Made by a program: the position numbers and the translations under genes. The notes under the pieces are model-generated. The model saw nothing but the letters and a program-made list of their open reading frames with translations, had not been told where the DNA came from and ran no database searches. From positions 1 through 64,000 of IMG/VR virus record IMGVR_UViG_3300027977_000027: DNA of 64,000 nucleotides. The stretch is one strand, 5' to 3'. The stretch's first letter is position 1, and each line of letters opens with the position of its first letter. This document shows positions 55,542-64,000 of this stretch, piece after piece. This DNA is from a virus.

Positions 55542-57122
55542 ATGAAATTTAAAGAATTAACTAATGAAACAATTGATAAAGCTAGATTGATTTATCTAGA
55601 CAAATCATTATCGTGGGATAACAGAATGAAATTATTGATGGATTTGTTTGACCGCTCTGAGCGAACTGTCCGTAAATGGTGTAGTGAAAAACTTTCATTC
55701 AAAGAAAAAGTTGATGTTGAACCAGAACAATATGTTAAAGCACAACAAAGACAATTCAACCCAAATAAATCTAGATTTATTATAACATGGGCTCAAAATG
55801 ATACGCATATTCATAAAGGGTTTTTAAAGAACATAGAAGCGTATGCTAATGAGATTGATGCTGATATTCATATAATACTTGGTCGATACAAGAATCCGAC
55901 ATCTGTTTTTACTGACAAAGACCATGAGACATGGGACCCAGATGTTATAAAATATTCTGATGCCAACAGACACAACATTCACAAATATGTGTCAATAATG
56001 TCCGATATTAAAATTCAACCAACTGCAACCAACCCAATGAGTGGTATGCAAGGCATGAGTGGTGTTAACTCTTCTATTTTTGGTTCACCAAAGGTTCAGT
56101 TAGAAATGATACCAGTTCTTGATGAGAGTAAGCCAAAAATGATGCTAACAACTGGCGCTGTTACTCTTAAAAACTATACTGACTCAAAAGCTGGCAAGAA
56201 AGGTGAATTTCACCACACATTTGGTTTTGTTATCGTTGAGATAAAAGATAAAGATGTTTTCTTTGTCAGACAAGTAACCGCTGATGACAAAACTGGTTCT
56301 TTTAGTGATTTGTATTACAGAGTTGAAAATGGTTCCGTTAACAGAAATGAATCAATTGAAGCGTTGATTCTAGGAGATGTTCATTTCGGTCATCATGACC
56401 AAGAAGTGATGAATAAAACATTTGAGCTAACCAGTGTTTTATCACCAAAACATGTTGTGTTGCATGACGTATTTGATGGCGATTCAATCTCGCACCACCA
56501 ATTAAAAGACCCATTCGTTCAATACGGTAAAGAGGTAAACGGCACAAACGATTTAAACAAGGAAATTGGTGTGTTGCTAGAATGTTTAAAACCATTCGAG
56601 AATTTTGAGAATGTGGTTATAGTGAGAAGCAACCATGATGACTTTTTAGATAGATGGTTAAAAAATGAGGATTGGAAGAAACAACCTACTTTTAAAAACT
56701 CTAGATTGTATATGCAATTATCCGATATATTGTTGGAACAATACGCTAACAATCATCAAAACGTTAAAGGTGTGATACCAGCTTTAATAAATAAAACATA
56801 TCCTAATTTTATAACATTGGATAGACGTTCATCTTATAAAGTTAAAGGTGGGTGGGAATTAGGTCAGCATGGTGATATTGGTTCTAATGGTAGTAGAGGT
56901 TCTTTGCTTCAATTCAGAAGATTAAACACAAAAATAGTTGTTGGCCACTATCACACTCCAGGTCGTAAAGATGGAGCGATTGCTGTTGGTACATCCACTA
57001 GTCTACGTGTAGGTTATAATTTAGGCCCAAGCACTTGGTTACAATCACATGTTATAATCCACAATGATGGTAGAGCTCAACATGTTAATTTTATAAATGG
57101 AGAATATACAACTTTTAAATAA
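55542..57122 (+). CDS. HTH + calcineurin-like metallophosphoesterase
   Basis: RSERTVRKW HTH; GDVH, HDVFD, SNHD, QHGD, GHYH. Confidence 0.8.
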   Translation: MKFKELTNETIDKARLIYLDKSLSWDNRMKLLMDLFDRSERTVRKWCSEKLSFKEKVDVEPEQYVKAQQRQFNPNKSRFIITWAQNDTHIHKGFLKNIEAYANEIDADIHIILGRYKNPTSVFTDKDHETWDPDVIKYSDANRHNIHKYVSIMSDIKIQPTATNPMSGMQGMSGVNSSIFGSPKVQLEMIPVLDESKPKMMLTTGAVTLKNYTDSKAGKKGEFHHTFGFVIVEIKDKDVFFVRQVTADDKTGSFSDLYYRVENGSVNRNESIEALILGDVHFGHHDQEVMNKTFELTSVLSPKHVVLHDVFDGDSISHHQLKDPFVQYGKEVNGTNDLNKEIGVLLECLKPFENFENVVIVRSNHDDFLDRWLKNEDWKKQPTFKNSRLYMQLSDILLEQYANNHQNVKGVIPALINKTYPNFITLDRRSSYKVKGGWELGQHGDIGSNGSRGSLLQFRRLNTKIVVGHYHTPGRKDGAIAVGTSTSLRVGYNLGPSTWLQSHVIIHNDGRAQHVNFINGEYTTFK

Positions 57123-57123
57123 T

Positions 57124-57150
57124 ATGTTTATTTGTGTAGATTTTGACGGA
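57124..57150 (+). pseudogene. Orphaned 5' stub of the 57856 HAD phosphatase
   Basis: MFICVDFDG versus IVVCVDFDGT at 57856. Confidence 0.7.
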
Positions 57151-57197
57151 AAGCGGATTTTTTATAAAAATGATGATATTTATAATAAAATATCATT

Positions 57198-57866
57198 ATG
57201 GAAACAAAATCAGGGGTCTATTGTATAGAAAACAAAATCAACGGAAAAAAGTATATTGGCTCATCTCAAGATGTTTATAAAAGAAGAAATAGACATTTTA
57301 GTGAGTTAAAAAACAGAAAACACAAAAACATTAAACTTCAAAACTCATATAATAAACATGGTAAAGGTGCCTTTCAATTTTATGTTTTAGAATTTGTTGA
57401 AGTAAAAGATTTATTAATAGACCGAGAACAATATTATATCAATAAAGAAAAACCTCGATATAATATTAATATGATAGCTAACTCATCTTTAGGTGTTAAA
57501 CGTAGTGAAGAGACTAAAGAAAAAATTAGACAAGCAAATTTAGGTTTAAAACATCCAGAATGGCGTAATGAAATAAAAAGCGAAGCACAAGGTGGTGATA
57601 ATCATTGGACTAAGAAAAAAGAATTTAGTGATGACGCTAAGAAAAAAATGAGTGAAACACATAAAAAATTGTTTGAGAATGGATATAAAAACCCAGTTGG
57701 TAAAGAGGTTATAGAACTTGATAATGAAGGTAATGAAATAAATAGATGGCCAAGCTTAATACAAGCTGGTAAATATTATAAAGTTGATGCTATGACAATT
57801 TTTAATATTATTAAAGGTAAAAAAAGTCGTAAGTTAAAAGAAAAAATTTTTAAACATGTCGAATAA
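57198..57866 (+). CDS. GIY-YIG homing endonuclease (NUMOD3/NUMOD1)
   Basis: SGVYCIENKINGKKYIGSS...R...H...REQYYI...YNI. Confidence 0.9.
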   Translation: METKSGVYCIENKINGKKYIGSSQDVYKRRNRHFSELKNRKHKNIKLQNSYNKHGKGAFQFYVLEFVEVKDLLIDREQYYINKEKPRYNINMIANSSLGVKRSEETKEKIRQANLGLKHPEWRNEIKSEAQGGDNHWTKKKEFSDDAKKKMSETHKKLFENGYKNPVGKEVIELDNEGNEINRWPSLIQAGKYYKVDAMTIFNIIKGKKSRKLKEKIFKHVE

Positions 57867-58302
57867 AAATAGTATTGTTGTGTGTGTGGATTTTGACGGC
57901 ACGTGTGTTACGCACGATTACCCAAATGTTGGTCATGATATAGGTGCAGCACCTATATTAAGGAGATTGGTTGCCGAAGGACATCAATTAATACTTTGGA
58001 CAATGAGATGTGATAGTGGTGTGGAGTCTGGTAAATTTAAAAGTGGTTTAACAGATGCGGTTAATTGGTTTAAAGAAAATAATATTCCACTTTATGGCAT
58101 ACAAAGAAACCCAACCCAAGATAATTGGACAAAATCACCTAAAGCCTATGCTCAATTATATATTGATGATGCTGCTCTAGGGGCACCGCTTAAGTATGAC
58201 AACAGCATTTCAGATAGACCTTTTATAGATTGGGTAATTGTTGAAAAATTAATGTTAAGAATGGGGTTTTTAACATATGAAAATAATCAACCCCAAAATT
58301 AA
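57856..58302 (+). CDS. HAD-superfamily phosphatase (BT0820-like)
   Basis: VDFDGT, LILWTMR, SPKAYAQLYIDD. Confidence 0.85.
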   Translation: MSNKNSIVVCVDFDGTCVTHDYPNVGHDIGAAPILRRLVAEGHQLILWTMRCDSGVESGKFKSGLTDAVNWFKENNIPLYGIQRNPTQDNWTKSPKAYAQLYIDDAALGAPLKYDNSISDRPFIDWVIVEKLMLRMGFLTYENNQPQN

Positions 58303-58339
58303 AACACTCAGTTAATTTAGATATTTATAATAAAAAATT

Positions 58340-58528
58340 ATGGAAGTCACAAAAAAAATAGACTTTGGTGAATATTTGATTATTGCGGTGTATGATGATG
58401 TCAGTGGGTCTTTAGAGATTAGTGTTTTAGATGAATTAGAAGAATTGATAGAAAGCATTCAAGTCACAAACGATGACGAAGACAATTCTGAAGAAAACGA
58501 TACTTTTACCAAACCTAGTTTAAATTAA
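58340..58528 (+). CDS. Hypothetical acidic protein
   Basis: 62 aa with ATATTTAT upstream. Confidence 0.55.
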   Translation: MEVTKKIDFGEYLIIAVYDDVSGSLEISVLDELEELIESIQVTNDDEDNSEENDTFTKPSLN

Positions 58529-58559
58529 TTTATGGATAAACAAATAGAGGTAAAAAATC

Positions 58560-58920
58560 ATGGTGGGATGGTAAAAAACATTCTGAGGAAACTAAACAAA
58601 AGATAAGTAAGTCAAATAAAGGTAAAACTTTATCTGACGAAACTAAAAGAAAAATGTCTGAATCTCATAAAAATAATGAATCATGGTGGAAAGGTAAGGT
58701 CCGTTCTAACAATACAAAATCAAAAATCAGTAATTCATTAAAAAAAGTAATTTATCAAATTATTGATGGTGAGGTTTTTAATAGTTGGAAATCTAGCGAA
58801 GAAGCGTTAAATGAATTAAAAATATCTAGTAAAACAATTGGTAATTATTGTAGACAAAAAGACCATACAAAAAATAAATTAGGTTTGATTTATAAAATAG
58901 ATTATGAAAAAACAAAATAG
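58560..58920 (+). pseudogene. NUMOD3/NUMOD1 remnant of a homing endonuclease
   Basis: GKKHSEETKQKIS, GKTLSDETKRKMSESH repeats with no nuclease domain. Confidence 0.6.
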
Positions 58921-59413
58921 GAAAGAAAAATTAAATAAAGAAATTAAAATTCAAAAAATAAGATTAGTTGGGGCTTTTAATGGTGAAATAGTTACTTTAA
59001 AAGATGCTTTAATTAAGTCAGAAGAAATGGGTTTGGATTTAGTTTTGATTTCTGAAAATAATGATATAGGCGTTTGTAAAATAATGAGCTATGAAAAGTT
59101 CTTATATGAGCAAATGAAGAAGGAAAAAGAAAAACAAAAATTCTTGGATGTAAAAGAAATAAAAGTAGGACCAAACACCTCTGAAAACGACTTAGATTAC
59201 AGAGTAAAACATATGTGTGAATTCTTACAAAAAGGCCATAAAGTAAAAATAACCATGCAGTTTAAAGGTCGTGAAATGGCTTTTGTTAGCAAAGGAGAAC
59301 AACTTATGTTAAACCTTATTTTAAAACTTACAGATTTTGGTACAGCTGAAGCTATGCCAAAACTTGAAGGTAAAAAAATGTTCGTTAATATCAAACCAAA
59401 AATCAAAAACTAA
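58904..59413 (+). CDS. infC: Translation initiation factor IF-3
   Basis: LNKEI...IRLVG, GLDLVLIS, VCKIMSYEKFLYE, KEIK, FLQKGHKVK, FKGRE, MPKLEGKKM. Confidence 0.93.
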   Translation: MKKQNRKEKLNKEIKIQKIRLVGAFNGEIVTLKDALIKSEEMGLDLVLISENNDIGVCKIMSYEKFLYEQMKKEKEKQKFLDVKEIKVGPNTSENDLDYRVKHMCEFLQKGHKVKITMQFKGREMAFVSKGEQLMLNLILKLTDFGTAEAMPKLEGKKMFVNIKPKIKN

Positions 59414-59451
59414 TTTGGAATTATGAAAAGAAAATTGTACCTTTGTATAAT

Positions 59452-59790
59452 ATGAAATTTAACATTCTTGCTAATAAACATGAAAAATTAAAAAATACGC
59501 TTAAAGATAAACTTTTACACAGAGTTGTCGGTGACAGTGAGATTGATAAAATAATAGATTTGTTTGAACAATATGAAAGTGAAAACTTACAGACTATTGA
59601 AAAATTAACTAGGAATAAAACGGTAGTAGTCAGAAAAATAAGTGGTGCATTAAAACAAACAATAAATGTTCATGGGCCGATAACAAAAGTGTTGATTGGT
59701 TCTGCGACAAAAAGAATATATGGTGCTTTGCTTGAACCAAAAGTTAAGTTAGGTTTTTGGCAAAGTATTTTAAAATGGTTTAAATTATGA
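59452..59790 (+). CDS. Hypothetical protein
   Basis: GALKQTINVHGPITK motif. Confidence 0.65.
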   Translation: MKFNILANKHEKLKNTLKDKLLHRVVGDSEIDKIIDLFEQYESENLQTIEKLTRNKTVVVRKISGALKQTINVHGPITKVLIGSATKRIYGALLEPKVKLGFWQSILKWFKL

Positions 59791-60308
59791 AAAACGTTAC
59801 AAAACTATCTGTCTTCGATTTTGATGGTACTTTGATAGACACACCACTACCAGACTCTGGAAGAAAACTATACCAAGAGAAAACTGGTAAACCTTGGCCT
59901 TATCAAGGTTGGTGGGGTAGAGAAGAGTCTTTGGATTCATCAATATTTGATATGAAACCAATTGCTAGTGTTATGGCTGATTACAAAGCTGAGAAAGCTA
60001 AAGAAAATACAGCTGTTATCATGTTAACTGGTAGAATTTCAAGATTGGCCAATAAAGTTGAATCGATTTTGAGTGAAAAAGGTTATTCATTTGATGGTTA
60101 CTATTACAACAGAGGTGGTAGCACAGACGTTGAAAAGATAAAGACGTTGAATGAGATTTTAGAAAAATACCCGTTTATAAAAATTGTGGAACAATGGGAT
60201 GACCGTTTAGAACACATCCCAACATTCGAACGATGGGGAAAAACAAAAGTAGAAGAAGGGCGTTTAAAAGACTTTCAAGTAAATGTAGTGTTGTCAAATC
60301 ATCACTAA
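59787..60308 (+). CDS. HAD phosphatase, Swiss-army-knife RNA-repair-like
   Basis: FDFDGTLIDTP, GWW, MLTGR, K, WDDR. Confidence 0.8.
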   Translation: MKNVTKLSVFDFDGTLIDTPLPDSGRKLYQEKTGKPWPYQGWWGREESLDSSIFDMKPIASVMADYKAEKAKENTAVIMLTGRISRLANKVESILSEKGYSFDGYYYNRGGSTDVEKIKTLNEILEKYPFIKIVEQWDDRLEHIPTFERWGKTKVEEGRLKDFQVNVVLSNHH

Positions 60309-60376
60309 TCAGAAACCCACAAAAATTTGTGGGTTTTTTGTTGTATAATAACATAAAAAATAGTATATTTGTGAAA

Positions 60377-62299
60377 ATGATAAAATTAAACAATATTATA
60401 GAAGGACGCATGAGCATGAATGCTAGTGGTTCTGCGTACCTAGTAAACAATGACTTACCAAAAGACATATACATTAGCAAGAATAATACAAATAAAGCAT
60501 TACACTTAGACACCGTAAAGGTTAAAATAATTCAAGGCACTGGCCGTTCAATTGAAGGTGAAGTAATAGAGATAATAGAACGTTTTAGGACGGAGTTTGT
60601 AGGAACAATTCAAATATCTCCACGCTATGCTTTTTTCATCCCAGATAGCAATAAACTACCAATAGATTTTTTTATTCCGATATCAAAATCAATGGGGGTA
60701 AAAGATGGGCAAAAAGTTGTTGCCAGACTGGTAGAATGGAAAGATGATGCCAAGAACCCTAATGGTGAAATCATTCGTGTTATAGGTGACGCTGGTGAGC
60801 ATGAAACAGAGATTCACTCAATCCTTGAAGAGTATGGGTTACCATATGATTTTGATTCTGATGTAATCGCTGAATCAGAAGCCATCCCAGAAATTATTCC
60901 GCAATCAGAAATTGATAAGCGTAGAGATATGCGTAATGTTCTTACCTTTACCATTGACCCAGCCGATGCCAAAGACTTTGATGATGCCTTGAGTGTTGAA
61001 TGGGTAAATGGAGAATTATATGTTGGTGTTCATATCGCTGATGTAAGCCATTATTTGCGTCCTGACACTGAATTAGACAAAGAAGCGTATAATAGGGGTA
61101 CCAGCGTTTATCTTGTGGATAGATGCGTTCCTATGCTTCCAGAGAGGCTTTCTAATGGCTTATGTAGTCTTAGACCACACGAAGATAAGCTTTGCTTCTC
61201 AGCGGTGTTTAAATTGGACCATAATGGTCATGTATTGGAAGAATGGTATGGAAGAACTGTAATTAATTCAAATCACCGATTTACTTATGAGGAAGCACAA
61301 GAGGTTATAGAACTTGAAAAGCTACCAGAACCTAATAATGGTCCTTTTAGTGAGTTATTCAACGCTATCATTCATTTGGATAAGATAGCCAAGAAGATGC
61401 GTAAAACACGTTTATCGAAGGGTAGTATATCTTTTGATAAACAAGAGGTTCGTTTCAAATTGGATTCCAATAATAAACCAACCGATATTATATTCAAAGT
61501 TGGTAAGGATTCAAATAAATTGATTGAGGAATATATGTTGTTGGCAAACAGACACGTTGCTCAATTCCTTAATTCCAAAGCCATAGCAAGTGTTAACCGT
61601 GCACATGATAAACCTAACGAAGAAAAATTAAACAACTTAAAAGAGTTTATCAAGCAATTTGGTTATGATATCAAAACACAAGACCCAGTTGAAATCACAA
61701 AAACTCTTAATAAATTGTTTGAGGATGTGAAAGGCAAACCAGAAGAAAACATGATTGACAATCTTGTTGTTCGTACCATGCAAAAAGCAGATTACAGAAC
61801 CAAGAACATTGGTCATTATGGTTTAGGATTCAAAGACTACACACATTTCACCAGTCCAATAAGACGTTATCCAGACGTAATGGTTCACAGATTATTGGCT
61901 AGAGTATTGGAAGGAAAGGCAGCGCCTAAACTGGAGAAGCTTGAAGCCAAGTGTGTTTATTTATCAGAAAGAGAAAAGAAAGCACAAAAAGCCGAACGTG
62001 ATTCTATAAAGTACATGCAATGCATTTACATGTCAAAAAATGTTGGTAAAATATATAAAGGAATCGTAACATCAGTTGCTGAATATGGTTTGTTTGTTGA
62101 AATACAAGAGAACAAATGTGAGGGGTTGATTAGATTGTCAGATATTGGTGGAGATACTTATGTTGCAGATGTTAATAACTATTGTGTTAAAGGATTTAAT
62201 ACAGGTCAAACAATAAAACTTGGGGACGAAGTAATGATTGTTGTTAAGTCAGTAGACGTTGAAAAGAAAAATATAAATCTAACATTATTAAGACTATGA
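60377..62299 (+). CDS. rnr: Ribonuclease R
   Basis: Cold-shock domains, TIDPADAKDFDDAL, HFTSPIRRYPD, C-terminal S1. Confidence 0.95.
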   Translation: MIKLNNIIEGRMSMNASGSAYLVNNDLPKDIYISKNNTNKALHLDTVKVKIIQGTGRSIEGEVIEIIERFRTEFVGTIQISPRYAFFIPDSNKLPIDFFIPISKSMGVKDGQKVVARLVEWKDDAKNPNGEIIRVIGDAGEHETEIHSILEEYGLPYDFDSDVIAESEAIPEIIPQSEIDKRRDMRNVLTFTIDPADAKDFDDALSVEWVNGELYVGVHIADVSHYLRPDTELDKEAYNRGTSVYLVDRCVPMLPERLSNGLCSLRPHEDKLCFSAVFKLDHNGHVLEEWYGRTVINSNHRFTYEEAQEVIELEKLPEPNNGPFSELFNAIIHLDKIAKKMRKTRLSKGSISFDKQEVRFKLDSNNKPTDIIFKVGKDSNKLIEEYMLLANRHVAQFLNSKAIASVNRAHDKPNEEKLNNLKEFIKQFGYDIKTQDPVEITKTLNKLFEDVKGKPEENMIDNLVVRTMQKADYRTKNIGHYGLGFKDYTHFTSPIRRYPDVMVHRLLARVLEGKAAPKLEKLEAKCVYLSEREKKAQKAERDSIKYMQCIYMSKNVGKIYKGIVTSVAEYGLFVEIQENKCEGLIRLSDIGGDTYVADVNNYCVKGFNTGQTIKLGDEVMIVVKSVDVEKKNINLTLLRL

Positions 62300-63040
62300 C
62301 AGACGAGTATTTGGTAAAATCTTTCTTGGATAAAAATTATTTTTTAAAAGCTTCATATGTAAATTATTATGTTGTTGAAAAACAAACAGAGAAACAATTT
62401 AGTGAAAAGTTTTTCGATGATGAAATATCTAGTATCTTTGGTCATATAAGCGGATTAAAAATCTATTTTGAAGAATGGTTTTATAATAAAAAAGCTGAAT
62501 TATTAAAAGAAATTTATGATGAGTTTGGTTCTTTAGAATTTAATAAAAAGAGTATCGAACTGATGACTTTTTTATGTGAATTAGAGGTGTCCAAAAAATA
62601 TGATAAACCATTCACTGTACAGACTTTTGAAGATTACTATTTTAACTATGTTTTAAAAGATAAAGTTAAAACGTTCATAGATGAAACTTATGAGGAAAAA
62701 AAAAACGAGTAGTTCTGATTTAATTAGATTGTCTTCAGTTATGTTTAGCGGAGAAACACCAAGTATAATTGAAAAGGGTGAGGCGATAATTAATGAGTGG
62801 TATTTTGACAATGTGTTTTCAAAAAAAATAGATTCGTTCTTCAAAGAAGCTAAGCTAATTTTAGGACCATACAATTGGATAGTAATACATCCATATTATG
62901 GAAAAATAAATACATATAAATTAAGTAAAAATTTTCCAGAAGAAACTCCTTATCAAACATCTGTTTTAAATAAACAGTATGATGATTGGTATAACGAAAA
63001 AATTTTGGAAGTGTCTGAGAAAATGATGAAAGAATTCTAA
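62296..63040 (+). CDS. Hypothetical protein split in two frames at an A10 tract
   Basis: ORFs 62296-62712 and 62681-63040 overlap at A10 (62696-62705) and share EWY/EWF repeats. Confidence 0.5.
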
Positions 63041-63094
63041 TCAGAAACTTGTTTATATCGATTTATTTTTGTACCTTTGCTCAAAACATTTAAC

Positions 63095-63517
63095 ATGACA
63101 GAAGAAAATAATTACCCAGTTGAAGAATTTCAAAACCTGCTTTCAACATTTATTAGAAGGAACATAAAAGGTTATCATTTCATTGCCGATGCAATTGACA
63201 ACGCTGAAGCAACTGAACGTTCAATCTTATCTGAATTAAAATGGAATGCTGATGATTTGCATGAAGCCTTGGGTGGCGATGCGCCTAACGTTTCAGATTT
63301 AGAAGACGAAGTTTCAGAACTAGAATATGAGATACGTAATTTAGAGGAAGAAAATGACAGACTAGAACAAGAGTTGAAAGGAGCAAAACTAACTTTTGGT
63401 GGGACTTTAAATGACGAATACAAAATTCAATTCTTTACTGAACACCATGAAAAATACACACCGTGGGAAATTGAAGAACTTTTAATAAATGGTAGAGAAT
63501 TACTTAAGAGAAAATGA
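63095..63517 (+). CDS. Hypothetical coiled-coil protein
   Basis: Heptad acidic coil, promoter upstream. Confidence 0.6.
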   Translation: MTEENNYPVEEFQNLLSTFIRRNIKGYHFIADAIDNAEATERSILSELKWNADDLHEALGGDAPNVSDLEDEVSELEYEIRNLEEENDRLEQELKGAKLTFGGTLNDEYKIQFFTEHHEKYTPWEIEELLINGRELLKRK

Positions 63518-64000
63518 AAATAATCTGTATATCCGATACCCACACAAAGCACAATCAAATACCTAGTCAGTATATTGATAACGCAGATGGAAGCATTGAC
63601 ATGATTATACATGCTGGTGATGTTTCTAGTCGTGGATATAAAACTGAAGTTATAAATTTTTTGAATTGGTATAATGATTTAAATTTTAAATACAAAATAC
63701 TAATTGCTGGAAATCATGACTTTTATTTCGAAGAAGCTAAACCAGAAGAGATAAAAGAAACGTTATTGGAATTTCCGAATATTATTTATCTTAATGATAG
63801 TGGTGTTGAGATAGAAGGTTTTAAAATTTGGGGTAGTCCAGTTCAACCATGGTTTTACAATTGGGCTTTTAACAGGACTTCATCAATGATTAATGAACAC
63901 TGGGAAAAGATACCCATAGATACCAACATACTTATTACACACGGACCTATGAGAGGCTATCTAGACTTAACAGATAGAGGTGAACCAGTTGGTTGTCCTC
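63514..64000 (+). CDS. Metallophosphoesterase (partial, runs off window)
   Basis: MKIICISDTH, IHAGD, IAGNHD, ITHGP. Confidence 0.88.
   Translation, partial: MKIICISDTHTKHNQIPSQYIDNADGSIDMIIHAGDVSSRGYKTEVINFLNWYNDLNFKYKILIAGNHDFYFEEAKPEEIKETLLEFPNIIYLNDSGVEIEGFKIWGSPVQPWFYNWAFNRTSSMINEHWEKIPIDTNILITHGPMRGYLDLTDRGEPVGCP

Noticed and set aside
60233-60376. N-terminal extension of RNase R
   Set aside because: Overlaps the upstream gene, a terminator and a TAnnTTTG promoter; start at 60377 is more plausible.
1-64000. Stop-codon reassignment as in some large Bacteroidota phages
   Set aside because: Conserved genes are full length in code 11, TAG and TGA end genes at expected places, and no suppressor tRNA was seen.
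1-64000. CRISPR array
   Set aside because: No regularly spaced direct repeats with unique spacers and no cas genes; dispersed repeats are promoters, terminators or RNA motifs.

Overview
AT-rich 64 kb segment of a large (jumbo, T4-like) bacteriophage genome, most likely infecting a Bacteroidota host: about 30 genes are preceded by the Bacteroidota housekeeping promoter (TTG ... TAnnTTTG), and a second ATATTTAT motif marks probable late genes. The window holds probable head/core proteins, two endolysins, DnaJ, ClpP, IF3, RNase R, DNA ligase, a large RNA-repair/translation-rescue set (Rnl1, Rnl2, kinase-2H phosphoesterase, HAD phosphatase, CCA-adding enzyme, PTH2-like protein, tmRNA, Ro60-like TROVE-vWA protein), two tRNA operons and about nine homing-endonuclease-type genes. 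Best candidate for a new system: each tRNA operon is preceded by a short leader ORF plus terminator/antiterminator, and the leader codons match the anticodons of the tRNAs downstream (R/N/I/H/S/M/W for operon 1; F/A/E/D for operon 2), suggesting ribosome-mediated attenuation that turns on phage tRNAs when the matching host tRNAs are depleted. Also notable: a family of small RNAs sharing a helix + RUUCWGCAA motif (one circularly permuted into a tRNA anticodon arm) near the Ro60-like gene, a split intein in Rnl2, a CCA enzyme fractured by an endonuclease gene, 8/4-fold tRNA-Ser genes, and a recurring capsid-targeting-like N-terminal peptide on enzymes. All calls were made by eye; coordinates may be off by a few nt and no database search was run.
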